Sequence record: DRR378314_166
DNA: 64,000 nt
Strand: one strand, 5' to 3'
The notes under the pieces were generated by a model. The model made no database searches. It was not told the DNA's origin and saw only the letters and a program-made list of their open reading frames with translations. Shown here piece by piece: positions 11,098 through 20,687 of this stretch; position 1 is the stretch's first letter; each line of letters opens with the position of its first letter. Position numbers and translations under genes: made by a program.

Positions 11098-11967
11098 ATG
11101 ACACATAAGGGGATCATCTTAGCAGGGGGAACGGGTTCCCGTCTTCATCCGTTGACACTTGGGGTCAGTAAGCAATTGATGCCGATCTATGACAAGCCCA
11201 TGATCTATTATCCGCTGACAACCTTGATGCTGGCCGGAATTCAGGATGTGCTGATTATCACCACACAAGAGGAACAGTCCCTGTTTGTGCGCTTGTTAGG
11301 CGATGGATCGCAGTGGGGGATCAATTTGTCTTACGAGGTGCAGCCATCCCCCGATGGGTTGGCGCAGGCGTTTATTATCGGTGAAAGACATGTCGGGAAT
11401 AATCCTTCAGCGCTGATCCTGGGTGATAATATTTTTTACGCCACCCAATTCAGTAGTGTACTGGCAAGTGCTGGAAACCGCAGTAAAGGGGCGACCATTT
11501 TTGGGTATCACGTTTCCAATCCAGAGGCTTATGGTGTTGCGGAATTTGATGAGAGTGGAAAAGTCATTGGCGTTGAGGAAAAGCCCCAACATCCAAAATC
11601 CAATTTCGCCATAACAGGATTGTATTTCTACGATAATCAGGTGGTGGATCTGGCCAAGGATTTGAAACCAAGTGCCCGGGGTGAACTTGAAATCACGGAT
11701 CTAAACCGCCTGTATCTGGAACGGGGTCAACTTCATATGGAGTTTTTGGGACGAGGCAGCGCTTGGCTGGATACGGGAACGCATGATCATTTGCTGGAGG
11801 CGTCTTCCTATGTGCAAACAATTGAAAAAAGACAAGGTTTGAAGATCGCCTGCCCTGAAGAAATTGCCTATGAAAAAGGTTATATCTCTGAAGATCAGCT
11901 GGAGGAACTGGCCAAACCCCTGATGAAAAGCGGGTATGGTGAGTATCTTTATTCACTTATTAAATAA
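11098..11967 (+). CDS. rfbA: glucose-1-phosphate thymidylyltransferase
   Basis: [45 protein letters not shown] and WLDTGT motifs. Start ATG 11098. Confidence 0.96.
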   Translation: MTHKGIILAGGTGSRLHPLTLGVSKQLMPIYDKPMIYYPLTTLMLAGIQDVLIITTQEEQSLFVRLLGDGSQWGINLSYEVQPSPDGLAQAFIIGERHVGNNPSALILGDNIFYATQFSSVLASAGNRSKGATIFGYHVSNPEAYGVAEFDESGKVIGVEEKPQHPKSNFAITGLYFYDNQVVDLAKDLKPSARGELEITDLNRLYLERGQLHMEFLGRGSAWLDTGTHDHLLEASSYVQTIEKRQGLKIACPEEIAYEKGYISEDQLEELAKPLMKSGYGEYLYSLIK

Positions 11968-11969
11968 AG

Positions 11970-11992
11970 AAGGCGGTGATTTTCACCGCCTT
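11970..11992. terminator. hairpin between convergent rfbA and cysNC
   Basis: AAGGCGGTGA-ttt-TCACCGCCTT, a perfect inverted repeat immediately after the rfbA stop. Confidence 0.7.
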
Positions 11993-12002
11993 ACTCATTG
12001 CC

Positions 12003-13898
12003 TTAGATGAAGTCGTTGTCTTTCAGATATTCAAGGATTTGATCGGCCGCATCTTCAACCGACAACTTGCCGCCTTCAACTATAATTTCCGCATTTTCCG
12101 GAATTTCATAAGCAGAATCAATACCGGTAAAGTTCTTGATTTCGCCGGCTCTTGCTTTCGCGTAGAGCCCCTTAATATCCCGCTCCTCACAAATCTCAAG
12201 CGGTGTATCGACGAAAATCTCGATGAATTCGTCAGCCTCCACCAGACCCCTTGCCATTTGACGTTCGCTGCGGAAGGGCGAAATGAAGGAAACCAAAGTT
12301 ATCAATCCAGCATCCACAAAAAGTTTAGCCGTCTCACCAACCCGGCGGATATTTTCCACCCGATCCACATCGGTAAAACCAAGATCCTTGTTCAGCCCGT
12401 GGCGAACATTATCCCCGTCCAATAGGTATGTATGCTTGCCTGAGGCCAGGAGTTTCTTCTCCAGCTGATTGGCGATTGTCGATTTTCCAGATCCAGACAA
12501 GCCTGTGAACCAGAGGATTGCAGATTTTTGAGCCTTCTGGACAGAGCGGATTTTCTTATCCACATCCACAGATTGCCAGTGAATATTATCCGCGCGCCGA
12601 AGGGCAAAATCAATGACCCCGGCACCTACCGTCGCATTGGTAAATCGATCAATGAGAATAAACGAGCCGGTTTGCCGGTTTTCGCCGTAAGGATCAAAGG
12701 AGATATCCTTGTCCAGCGCAAAGTTGCAGACCCCGATTTCATTCAACTCAAGAGTTTTGGCGGCAGTGTGTTCAAGCGTGTTGACGTTGATTTTGTATTT
12801 CAAGGTAGAGACATGGGCCGCGGTACTTGTTGTCCCCAGTTTCAGGATATAATTCCGGCTTGGCAGTAATGGCTCATCACTCATCCAGACCAGTTTGGCT
12901 TCGAATTGATCTGCTGTTGCGGGGCGATGTTGAAGTGCGCACAGGATATCGCCGCGGCTGATATCAATTTCATCATTCAACGTTATTGTGACAGCCTGAC
13001 CGGCAAAGGCCTCATCAAGTTTGCCGTCAAAGGTTACAATCTCCTTGATCGTACTGGTCTGGCCAGAGGCGGGCTCAACAATGCCATCTCCAATTTTGAT
13101 GGAGCCGCTAGCAATTGTTCCGGAAAACCCCCTGAAATCCAGGTTCGGCCGATTAACCCACTGTACGGGCAAGCGAAAGGGTTTACTCAGCAAGTCTTCA
13201 TCCATCTGCACGGTTTCCAGATGGGAAATCAGATTTGGCCCGTGATACCAAGGGGTATTGTCACTGCTGCCAATCACGTTGTCACCGTTCAGAGCCGACA
13301 AAGGAATAGGGGCAATATTTTCAAACCCCAGATTTTGGGCAAATTCCCGGTACTCTTGCACGATTTGCTGAAAGACTTCCTCTTTGAAGTCAACCAAATC
13401 CATTTTGTTGATGGCAAGAACGATGTTGCGAATGCCAAGGAGGGAGACCAGAAAGCTATGTCGCATAGTCTGGGTGAGGATCCCTTTGCGGGCATCGATC
13501 AGGATTACAGCCAAGTCAGCGGTTGAGGCACCTGTGACCATGTTGCGGGTATATTGTTCATGACCGGGTGTATCGGCGACGATAAATTTGCGTTTATCTG
13601 TTGCAAAGAACCGATAGGCCACATCTATGGTAATGCCTTGTTCACGCTCCGCCTGCAGCCCATCCATGAGCAGGGCGTAATCCAGGTTGCCGCCTTGCGT
13701 TCCCACTCTTTTGCTTTCGCTTGCTAATGTTGCCAACTGGTCTTCAAACAACAGTTTGGAATCCCAAAGAAGCCGGCCAATCAAGGTGCTTTTCCCATCA
13801 TCGACGCTGCCGCAGGTGATGAAGCGAAGCATTCCCTTTTCTTCCTGAGTTTTTAGGTAAGCTGCGATGTCTTTATCTGTTTGTTTAAGATCGCTCAT
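12003..13898 (-). CDS. cysNC: bifunctional sulfate adenylyltransferase subunit 1 / APS kinase (CysN-CysC, NodQ type)
   Basis: GTPase domain (CGSVDDGKST, EREQGITIDVAYR, DTPGHEQY, NKMD) fused to APS kinase (WFTGLSGSGKST, LDGDNVRHGL). Confidence 0.96.
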   Translation of the reverse strand: MSDLKQTDKDIAAYLKTQEEKGMLRFITCGSVDDGKSTLIGRLLWDSKLLFEDQLATLASESKRVGTQGGNLDYALLMDGLQAEREQGITIDVAYRFFATDKRKFIVADTPGHEQYTRNMVTGASTADLAVILIDARKGILTQTMRHSFLVSLLGIRNIVLAINKMDLVDFKEEVFQQIVQEYREFAQNLGFENIAPIPLSALNGDNVIGSSDNTPWYHGPNLISHLETVQMDEDLLSKPFRLPVQWVNRPNLDFRGFSGTIASGSIKIGDGIVEPASGQTSTIKEIVTFDGKLDEAFAGQAVTITLNDEIDISRGDILCALQHRPATADQFEAKLVWMSDEPLLPSRNYILKLGTTSTAAHVSTLKYKINVNTLEHTAAKTLELNEIGVCNFALDKDISFDPYGENRQTGSFILIDRFTNATVGAGVIDFALRRADNIHWQSVDVDKKIRSVQKAQKSAILWFTGLSGSGKSTIANQLEKKLLASGKHTYLLDGDNVRHGLNKDLGFTDVDRVENIRRVGETAKLFVDAGLITLVSFISPFRSERQMARGLVEADEFIEIFVDTPLEICEERDIKGLYAKARAGEIKNFTGIDSAYEIPENAEIIVEGGKLSVEDAADQILEYLKDNDFI

Positions 13899-14806
13899 TA
13901 GAAATAGCCCTCCTGCTTTTTGCGCTCCATCGATCCGGACTGGTCCTTATCGATCAGGCGTCCCTGCCGCTCTGAGGTGCGTGCAACCAGCATTTCCTGA
14001 ATAATTTCTGGAAGGGTCGTCGCTGTAGAGTCAATGGCACCCGTTAGGGGGTAGCAGCCCAGCGTTCTAAATCGAACGGATTTCAGTTGAGGCGTTTCAC
14101 CAGCTTCCAGTGGCATCCGGTCGTCATCCACCATGATCAACATGCCATCGCGCTCCACCACGGGGCGTTCTTTAGCGAAATAAAGCGGCACAATAGGAAT
14201 GTTTTCCAAATAAATATATTGCCAGATGTCCAGCTCCGTCCAGTTAGAGAGCGGAAAGGCGCGAATGCTCTCACCGGGGCGGACCCGCGCGTTGTAAACG
14301 TTCCAAAGTTCTGGGCGCTGGTTTTTAGGATCCCAGCGATGAGTTTCTGTGCGGAATGAAAAAATACGTTCTTTTGCACGGGACGCTTCTTCATCACGGC
14401 GCGCACCGCCAAATGCGGCATCAAATTTGTAGTGGTTCAGGGCCTGTTTCAAGGCTTCGGTTTTCATGATATCGGTATGAAGGGCAGAACCGTGAGAGAA
14501 GGGGCCTACATTCTGTTTGACACCTTCCTGATTGATATGCACCAGAAGATCAAAATCATATTCTTTAGCCATTTGGTCGCGAAACGCGATCATTTCGCGA
14601 AATTTCCAGGTTGTGTCGACATGAAGCAGCGGAAAAGGGATCGGGGATGGGTAGAATGCTTTACGGGCTAGATGCAGCAGAACCGAGCTGTCCTTCCCAA
14701 TGGAGTAAAGCATAACAGGCTTTTCAAATTCAGAAGCAACTTCCCGGAAAATATGAATGCTTTCCGCTTCCAGTTGGCGAAGATGTGTCAGGTTGGCCTT
14801 TGGCAT
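13898..14806 (-). CDS. cysD: sulfate adenylyltransferase subunit 2
   Basis: [33 protein letters not shown] and [12 protein letters not shown] motifs. Start moved to ATG 14806. Confidence 0.96.
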   Translation of the reverse strand: MPKANLTHLRQLEAESIHIFREVASEFEKPVMLYSIGKDSSVLLHLARKAFYPSPIPFPLLHVDTTWKFREMIAFRDQMAKEYDFDLLVHINQEGVKQNVGPFSHGSALHTDIMKTEALKQALNHYKFDAAFGGARRDEEASRAKERIFSFRTETHRWDPKNQRPELWNVYNARVRPGESIRAFPLSNWTELDIWQYIYLENIPIVPLYFAKERPVVERDGMLIMVDDDRMPLEAGETPQLKSVRFRTLGCYPLTGAIDSTATTLPEIIQEMLVARTSERQGRLIDKDQSGSMERKKQEGYF

Positions 14807-14962
14807 CAATTTCTCTACATAATAATGGCTGATCAAATTATCTTTGATATTTGGACTAAAGGCATTTCGCTGCGAAAACAAGGTCAAACAGCCATATAAA
14901 ACAAATATATTATGTGAAATTATGTAATTACTTAATAATCATGTAAATTTGTTGCAAAAAAG

Positions 14963-16282
14963 TTAGTTTGCCAACCGCGCGATAGTTAGGAGGCCCCGTT
15001 CCAGTTCAGGGAGCGTCGGTGCGGCAAGGGCTAATCGAACTGCGTTTGGGGAATGGGCTGCAGAAACTGAGAATGCAGAAAGCGGCGTTATGGATATTCC
15101 GGCGGTATGAGCCTGATGAACAAGCATATCACTTCGCATTGGCTCAGCGAGGGGCAGGATAACATGGTAGGAAGTCTCCTGCGAGCTGAGGTTTTGATTG
15201 GAGAGTAAACGGCGGGCCAGCTTCTGGCGGGTTTTGGCGTCTATGCGCTTCAGGCTTTCAAGTTCGCTGACGGTCCCATTCAGAAGGAGCTTTGTGATTG
15301 CATTTAAAGTAAAGCCTTGCGGCATCACGGCCGTTTCAATGATTGCCTTGCGGATGGGGTCCAACAGTTTTTGAGGACCGTGAAGAATACCGGCCGTCAA
15401 TCCGGGGGCGATCCGTTTTGAAAAACTATCCATATAAATAACCTGCTCCGGCGCATACGCGCATAAGGGCGGTAGTTGGTGTGCGCATAAAAAACCATAA
15501 ACCTGATCTTCGATCGCGATTAGCGAATTATCTTTTTTTAACCGAGTTGCAAGTTCGCGCCGTCGGCTAACTGGCATGGTCATTCCAAGTGGGTTGTGGA
15601 GACTGGGTTGGACGTAAATTGCTTTTAGGGGTGTTTTGGAATGAACCTTTTCAAGACTGTCAGGGCACAGGCCATGTTGATCCATATCAATAGGGATCGC
15701 TTCAATTCCCAGACGATCGGCAATTGTTTTAGCGATGGGATAAGTCATTTTTTCAAAACCAATCCGCTCTCCCTTTTTGGCGATGTTTGAAAAACACGCC
15801 GTAAGGGCCTGACGGGCATTGCCTGTAAATAAAATGGATGCAGCAGTCATCTTCCAGCCATCTGAACCAAGCTGAGTTGCTGTTGCATGTTGAGCGAGTG
15901 CAAGGGTTTCCCGGTCTGGCATCTGAAGAGATGAACGGAGGTGATTTCTTGGGTTGATCAGCGCCATTAAAGTCGGCTTCAAAAGATCTGCCTGGTTGTG
16001 CAAAATTGGATAGTTGGTTTGCATATCAATTGGTGTTTCTGGAGGACCGGAAAGGGGGGGTGTGCCCGGCACTGGCGCCGCGCGAATATAGGTTCCCCGG
16101 CCAACTTCCCCTGTCGTCAGTCCGCGCTCAACCAGTTCTTTGTAAACACGTCCGGCCGTCGATGCAGCGATACCGCGCGCATATGCAAATTCTCGAAGTG
16201 GTGGCAGTCTGTCACCGGGTCTGAGTTTGCCCGTCGCAATTTCCGTTGCGATCTGGTCTGCAAAAGTTCGATAGATGTTCAT
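14963..16282 (-). CDS. MocR/GntR-family PLP-dependent transcriptional regulator
   Basis: N-terminal wHTH (LRPGDRLPP.R, GEVGRGTYI) plus aminotransferase I/II domain (HNPLG, DSFSKRIAPG). Start probably ATG 16282. Confidence 0.88.
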   Translation of the reverse strand: MNIYRTFADQIATEIATGKLRPGDRLPPLREFAYARGIAASTAGRVYKELVERGLTTGEVGRGTYIRAAPVPGTPPLSGPPETPIDMQTNYPILHNQADLLKPTLMALINPRNHLRSSLQMPDRETLALAQHATATQLGSDGWKMTAASILFTGNARQALTACFSNIAKKGERIGFEKMTYPIAKTIADRLGIEAIPIDMDQHGLCPDSLEKVHSKTPLKAIYVQPSLHNPLGMTMPVSRRRELATRLKKDNSLIAIEDQVYGFLCAHQLPPLCAYAPEQVIYMDSFSKRIAPGLTAGILHGPQKLLDPIRKAIIETAVMPQGFTLNAITKLLLNGTVSELESLKRIDAKTRQKLARRLLSNQNLSSQETSYHVILPLAEPMRSDMLVHQAHTAGISITPLSAFSVSAAHSPNAVRLALAAPTLPELERGLLTIARLAN

Positions 16283-16292
16283 GTTTATTGAC

Positions 16293-16320
16293 TTCAGTGC
16301 AATGTTATTATTGCACTGAA
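16293..16320. promoter_or_regulatory. perfect inverted repeat, candidate operator of the MocR regulator
   Basis: TTCAGTGCAAT-gttatt-ATTGCACTGAA (11-6-11) in the short divergent spacer between the MocR and DJ-1 genes. Confidence 0.6.
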
Positions 16321-16383
16321 AAAATGGCATAGTTAGTGTTTTGAGGCAATAAAACCTTTGAAAACTGAAAGTTAGATCGAGCC

Positions 16384-16974
16384 ATGCAAATCGCCATATT
16401 AACCTTGGACGGGTTTAACGAACTCGACTCCTTTATCGCATTTGCGATTTTAAATCGTATGAAACCTGCAGGTTGGACAGCCTATATTTGTGCTCCAGAA
16501 GAAATGGTGACGTCCATGAATGGTGTGCAGGTGAGAGCTCAAAAACCGCTTTCCTTTTTGGCTGATGCTGATGCAGTTCTGTTTGGCAGTGGCATAAACA
16601 CGCAGAAATTTTCTATAGATCAAGCGTTCATGGCTCAAATCAACCTTGATCCTAAACGGCAACTTATTGGGGCCCAATGTTCTGGTACTTTGCTTATGGC
16701 AAAACTTGGATTGCTGCAGGTGTTGCCAGCTTGTACCGATTTAACAACCAAACCCTGGGTCCTAGAGGCAGGCATTGAAGTGCTGGAACAACCCTTCATC
16801 GCGTCTGGAAATCTGGCGACGGCAGGTGGATGTCTGGCATCTCATTATCTTGCGGCCTGGCTGATTTACAAAGGTGCGGGTGAACAAGCAGCAGCAGAAG
16901 CTATTCATTATGTCGCGCCTGTTGGGGAAAAAGCTGATTATATTGCAAGAGCGTTGGCGAACATTCTCAGTTAA
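16384..16974 (+). CDS. DJ-1/PfpI family protein
   Basis: DGFNELD, nucleophile elbow GAQCSG and ATAGGCL motifs. Divergent from the MocR gene. Confidence 0.87.
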   Translation: MQIAILTLDGFNELDSFIAFAILNRMKPAGWTAYICAPEEMVTSMNGVQVRAQKPLSFLADADAVLFGSGINTQKFSIDQAFMAQINLDPKRQLIGAQCSGTLLMAKLGLLQVLPACTDLTTKPWVLEAGIEVLEQPFIASGNLATAGGCLASHYLAAWLIYKGAGEQAAAEAIHYVAPVGEKADYIARALANILS

Positions 16975-17054
16975 GCCAATTGTTGCTTGCGCGGGTGTTG
17001 GTTTTATTGGACCCTGTCTGTAGAGGCTAGATGTGAACCTTACAGGGAGGGTAA

Positions 17055-17696
17055 ATGGCCAGGGAGCCCAAAGAGGTCAGTTATAAGGAAGAAAAACGCG
17101 TCCTTTGCCCTGATTGTGATCTTGTCCATCTGGGGGGACGAATAGATCTGGAGCATTCTGCCCTTTGTACGCGGTGTGGTGCCATTCTATATCGGGAGCG
17201 GGAATATCATGTGGATCGATCTCTTGCCTTTGCCATTGCCGGATTAGCGGCTTTTTTCCTTGCCAACAGCTTTCCCATTTTGCGATTTCATATGCAGGGT
17301 CAGGAACAGGCGAATGTTCTTCTGGATGGCGTAATCCGTTTTTTTCAAACCGATTATTGGCCGCTGGGTGTGTTAGTTCTGTTTGTCAGTGTTATTGCTC
17401 CGTTACTGATCCTGAGCTTTCTTGTCAGCCTGCTATTGCCGCTTAAAGTCGGTCATTTGCCCCGCTTTGCCAGATGGCAGGTCAGATCGTTGATATCTTT
17501 AAGGCCTTGGGCTATGGCGGAAATTCTGATCGTTGGCATCATGGTGGCTTATGTCAAGTTAGGTGATTTTGCCATTGTTGATGTCGGCGTTTCCCTGGCA
17601 GGCATTATTGCCATGGTTCTGTTTACGATCCTGGCGTTTGCAAATCTGGATTTTCAGGCTTTATGGCAACGCCTGGAAGAAAAGGAGCGGTCATGA
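17055..17696 (+). CDS. pqiA: paraquat-inducible protein A (first half of a split PqiA)
   Basis: CPDCD...CTRCG zinc motif, ANSFP, PWAMAE and VAYVKL motifs; hydrophobic. Confidence 0.88.
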   Translation: MAREPKEVSYKEEKRVLCPDCDLVHLGGRIDLEHSALCTRCGAILYREREYHVDRSLAFAIAGLAAFFLANSFPILRFHMQGQEQANVLLDGVIRFFQTDYWPLGVLVLFVSVIAPLLILSFLVSLLLPLKVGHLPRFARWQVRSLISLRPWAMAEILIVGIMVAYVKLGDFAIVDVGVSLAGIIAMVLFTILAFANLDFQALWQRLEEKERS

Positions 17697-18328
17697 AACC
17701 GCACGGCAGCGGATTTGAGCAGGGACTGGCCACTTGCCTGATATGCCACCAGATTGTTAATTTGGCAGCTGCGGACCATGGACATCACGCCTGCCCACGA
17801 TGTCACGCTGAAGTTTATTTTCGCAAACACAATAGCTTAGCCAAATGCAGTGCTTACCTTTTGGCGGCTTTTCTTCTTTACATTCCTGCTAATATTTTCC
17901 CTATAATGACGCTGGTGACTTTCGCGAGGGAGAGCAAAGAAACCATTTTAAGTGGTGTGTATCAACTCATCCTATCCGGTCAATGGGGGATAGCTGTGGT
18001 GGTTTTTGTGGCAAGTATAGTGGTTCCCATATTCAAGATATTTGCGTTGGGTTACCTTGTGGTGAGCACATGGGCAAAAGCAGAAAGCTTTCCATTGATC
18101 CGAACCCGCCTGTATCGCTTTGTTGAGTGGGTTGGCAGATGGTCGATGATTGATATTTTCATGATTTCAATTCTGATCGCTTTGGTTCGCTTTCATGAGA
18201 TAGCGACAATTGAAGTGGGGCCGGGCGCTTTGGCCTTTGCCGCCGTTATTATCCTGACAATGCTTGCGGCTGGTGCATTCGATCCGCGGCTCATTTGGGA
18301 TCGACGGGGTGGGAGTGGAGATGAGTGA
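17693..18328 (+). CDS. pqiA: paraquat-inducible protein A (second half of a split PqiA)
   Basis: C..CH...CPRC, YIPANIFPIM, VFVASI.VP, GRWSMIDIF and FDPRLIWD motifs. ATG overlaps the previous stop. Confidence 0.9.
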   Translation: MKPHGSGFEQGLATCLICHQIVNLAAADHGHHACPRCHAEVYFRKHNSLAKCSAYLLAAFLLYIPANIFPIMTLVTFARESKETILSGVYQLILSGQWGIAVVVFVASIVVPIFKIFALGYLVVSTWAKAESFPLIRTRLYRFVEWVGRWSMIDIFMISILIALVRFHEIATIEVGPGALAFAAVIILTMLAAGAFDPRLIWDRRGGSGDE

Positions 18329-20033
18329 TCAATCGCAGATGAAAGAGCCGCCAAGGCCGGTCATGAAGCAGGGATATGTCGGGTTGCTGAGTATATGGCT
18401 CATCCCGCTGCTGGCGATTGGCATTGCAGGCTGGTTAATCCTGCAATCCTATTTGCAGGAGGGCGTGGAGGTCAGCGTGTTTCTTCCCGATGCAAAAGGG
18501 ATCGAAGCGGGGATCACGCCCTTAAAATACAGGGACGTCAAAATTGGAACCGTTGATCGGGTTGAGATCCCGGATGAGCGGCGTGGTGTGTTGGTGCATT
18601 TGGAAATTCAAAAATGGGCGAATAAGTATTTGACAGATACAGCCCGTTTCTGGGTGGTATCACCGGCGATTAGCCTGGAGGGGGTATCTGGGCTGGAGAC
18701 TTTATTGTCGGGTGCTTATCTGGAAATTGACCCGGGTGAAGGGGGAGAGAAACAGCTTTCTTTTAACGGACTGGCAACGCCGCCGGTGCTGACCACACGA
18801 AAAGCTGGAAAAGAATATATTCTGAAAGCGAAACGGCTGGGAAATGTAAAGCGGGGAACACCGGTCAATTTTAAAGGGCTGAAGGTCGGAACCATTCTGG
18901 GATATCGCTTGTCAGAAGATCGACAAGTGGTGGAGCTCGTCACGTTTATTGAAGAGCCCTATACGGAGCTTATTCAGGTTAACACCCGTTTTTGGGATGC
19001 TGGTGGGGTTGGGGTTCAAATCTCACCTTCCGGAATTGAGGTTGCCGCAGACTCATTATCGGCTTTGGTTTCCGGCGCGATCGAGTTTTTACCGCCTTTA
19101 TATGATCAAAATTCCGCCCGGGCCGATGCAGGGCATGAATTCAAACTCTTTAAAGATCGCCATGCGATGGCTGATGCCCGGTTCACCGAGCGCAAGAAAT
19201 ACATCCTGTTTTTTGATAATTCTGTCAGTGGACTGGAAGTGGGATCGCCCGTTGAATTCAAGGGGATCAAGGTTGGATCGGTTAGAGAGGTCAGTCTGGA
19301 AATCCATGAGGATACGGGAGAATATTTTATCCCTGTCATAATTGATCTGGAACCCCAGCGTTTGAAAGTGCACCGCCGAAGTGATGCGTTGTTAAAAACC
19401 AAAATTGGCGAAAAATTGAGGAACAAGGCTGTTTCAGCCCTGGTTACTAAAGGCTTGCGGGCGCGATTAAAATCGACCAATTTCCTGACCGGGAGCTTGA
19501 TTGTGGATCTGGATCTGTTTCCAGACCGTCCCGGAAGATACGTGGAAATTGCCACTGAGCTGGAGCAGTTGCCTACCTTGCCAACCGAGTTGGAAGAAAT
19601 CACAACTTCTTTGAGCCGGCTTGTTGAGAAAGTCGAGCGCCTTCCCATTGAAACTCTCACAAACTCGATGGTTTCAACTGCCAAGGGACTTGAAAAAATC
19701 TTCGCAAGCGGAGAGCTGAGCGATGCGATTAAAGAGATCAAAACCGTTGCCATATCGGTTGGCAATATTATTGATAATGTGGATCGCAATACCCTGCCGA
19801 GAATTAATGAAGCCGTCGATGAAGGGCAAAAAGCCCTTCGGCGTGTGGATACTGCCCTTCAATCGGCGACCACCATGTTTGAGACAGCCAATTCGACAAT
19901 TTCAGACGGCTCTCCGTTGAAATATGATCTGTCGGTAATGCTTCGGGAGTTGGCCGCAGCCAGCCGTTCCGTTCGCAATTTGACTGAGTTTCTTGAACGC
20001 AATCCAAATGCCCTGATCAGTGGGAAAAAATGA
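18321..20033 (+). CDS. pqiB: multi-MCE intermembrane lipid transport protein PqiB
   Basis: IWLIP TM helix, three MCE repeats (T.LKYRDV.IG.V; G.PVNFKGLKVG; GSPVEFKGIKVG.V), helical tail ending LERNPNALI.G. Confidence 0.9.
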   Translation: MSDQSQMKEPPRPVMKQGYVGLLSIWLIPLLAIGIAGWLILQSYLQEGVEVSVFLPDAKGIEAGITPLKYRDVKIGTVDRVEIPDERRGVLVHLEIQKWANKYLTDTARFWVVSPAISLEGVSGLETLLSGAYLEIDPGEGGEKQLSFNGLATPPVLTTRKAGKEYILKAKRLGNVKRGTPVNFKGLKVGTILGYRLSEDRQVVELVTFIEEPYTELIQVNTRFWDAGGVGVQISPSGIEVAADSLSALVSGAIEFLPPLYDQNSARADAGHEFKLFKDRHAMADARFTERKKYILFFDNSVSGLEVGSPVEFKGIKVGSVREVSLEIHEDTGEYFIPVIIDLEPQRLKVHRRSDALLKTKIGEKLRNKAVSALVTKGLRARLKSTNFLTGSLIVDLDLFPDRPGRYVEIATELEQLPTLPTELEEITTSLSRLVEKVERLPIETLTNSMVSTAKGLEKIFASGELSDAIKEIKTVAISVGNIIDNVDRNTLPRINEAVDEGQKALRRVDTALQSATTMFETANSTISDGSPLKYDLSVMLRELAAASRSVRNLTEFLERNPNALISGKK

Positions 20034-20665
20034 TGTTGAGAGGTAGGATTAGGATGTCAAAATTACGCGTCGGTTTGATGCTATCTGTCATGATCTTGCT
20101 TGCCGGTTGTGAAGGTCTTGTTAGCCCGTCAACACCCACAGAATTTTATCGTCTGACGGCGGTGGATTTATCGGGACAAATGGATAATCAGTCTTTTCCT
20201 TCAGAGATGAAGGTCGGGGTGGGACCCATTTCAATACCGGGATATGCGGATCGAGTGCAAATCGTCTCAAGCGGAAACGGAGGCCGGTTGGATGTGGATG
20301 ACCTACATCACTGGGCCGAGCCAGTTCATGCGAATATCGAGCGGGTGATGGTCAGCAATATGTCCACCCTTTTAAGTCGCCAGCAAGTCTTTGGGTACCC
20401 TGCTAATTTTGTGCCGGAGCCATCCAGCTATCAGATTGCGATTGAAATCATTGAAATGATTTTGCTGGAGGATGGCAAGGTTCAACTGGCGGCTAGCTGG
20501 AATGTAAAAAAGATGTTGAATAACCGTCTGGTTCAAAGACGGGCGATTAATTATGTCAGTCAAAAATCTGCAACAGATTTTAATGACTATAGCCAGATAT
20601 TAAGCGGGTTATTAGGTCAGCTTGCGCTGGATGTGGCAGGTGGCTTGAAAGAGCTTTCCAATTGA
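20030..20665 (+). CDS. pqiC: PqiC-type outer-membrane lipoprotein
   Basis: Lipobox LLAGC; VGPISIPGY.DR.QIV and H.WAEP motifs. Last gene of the pqi cluster. Confidence 0.87.
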   Translation: MMLRGRIRMSKLRVGLMLSVMILLAGCEGLVSPSTPTEFYRLTAVDLSGQMDNQSFPSEMKVGVGPISIPGYADRVQIVSSGNGGRLDVDDLHHWAEPVHANIERVMVSNMSTLLSRQQVFGYPANFVPEPSSYQIAIEIIEMILLEDGKVQLAASWNVKKMLNNRLVQRRAINYVSQKSATDFNDYSQILSGLLGQLALDVAGGLKELSN

Positions 20666-20687
20666 TCGAGACGGGAATAATTGCGTT

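Noticed and set aside
17055-18328. Split pqiA as a frameshifted pseudogene
   Set aside because: Both halves are intact, each has its own Cys motif, and the second has an AAGGAG RBS and ATGA coupling. Two-gene pqiA is a common arrangement.
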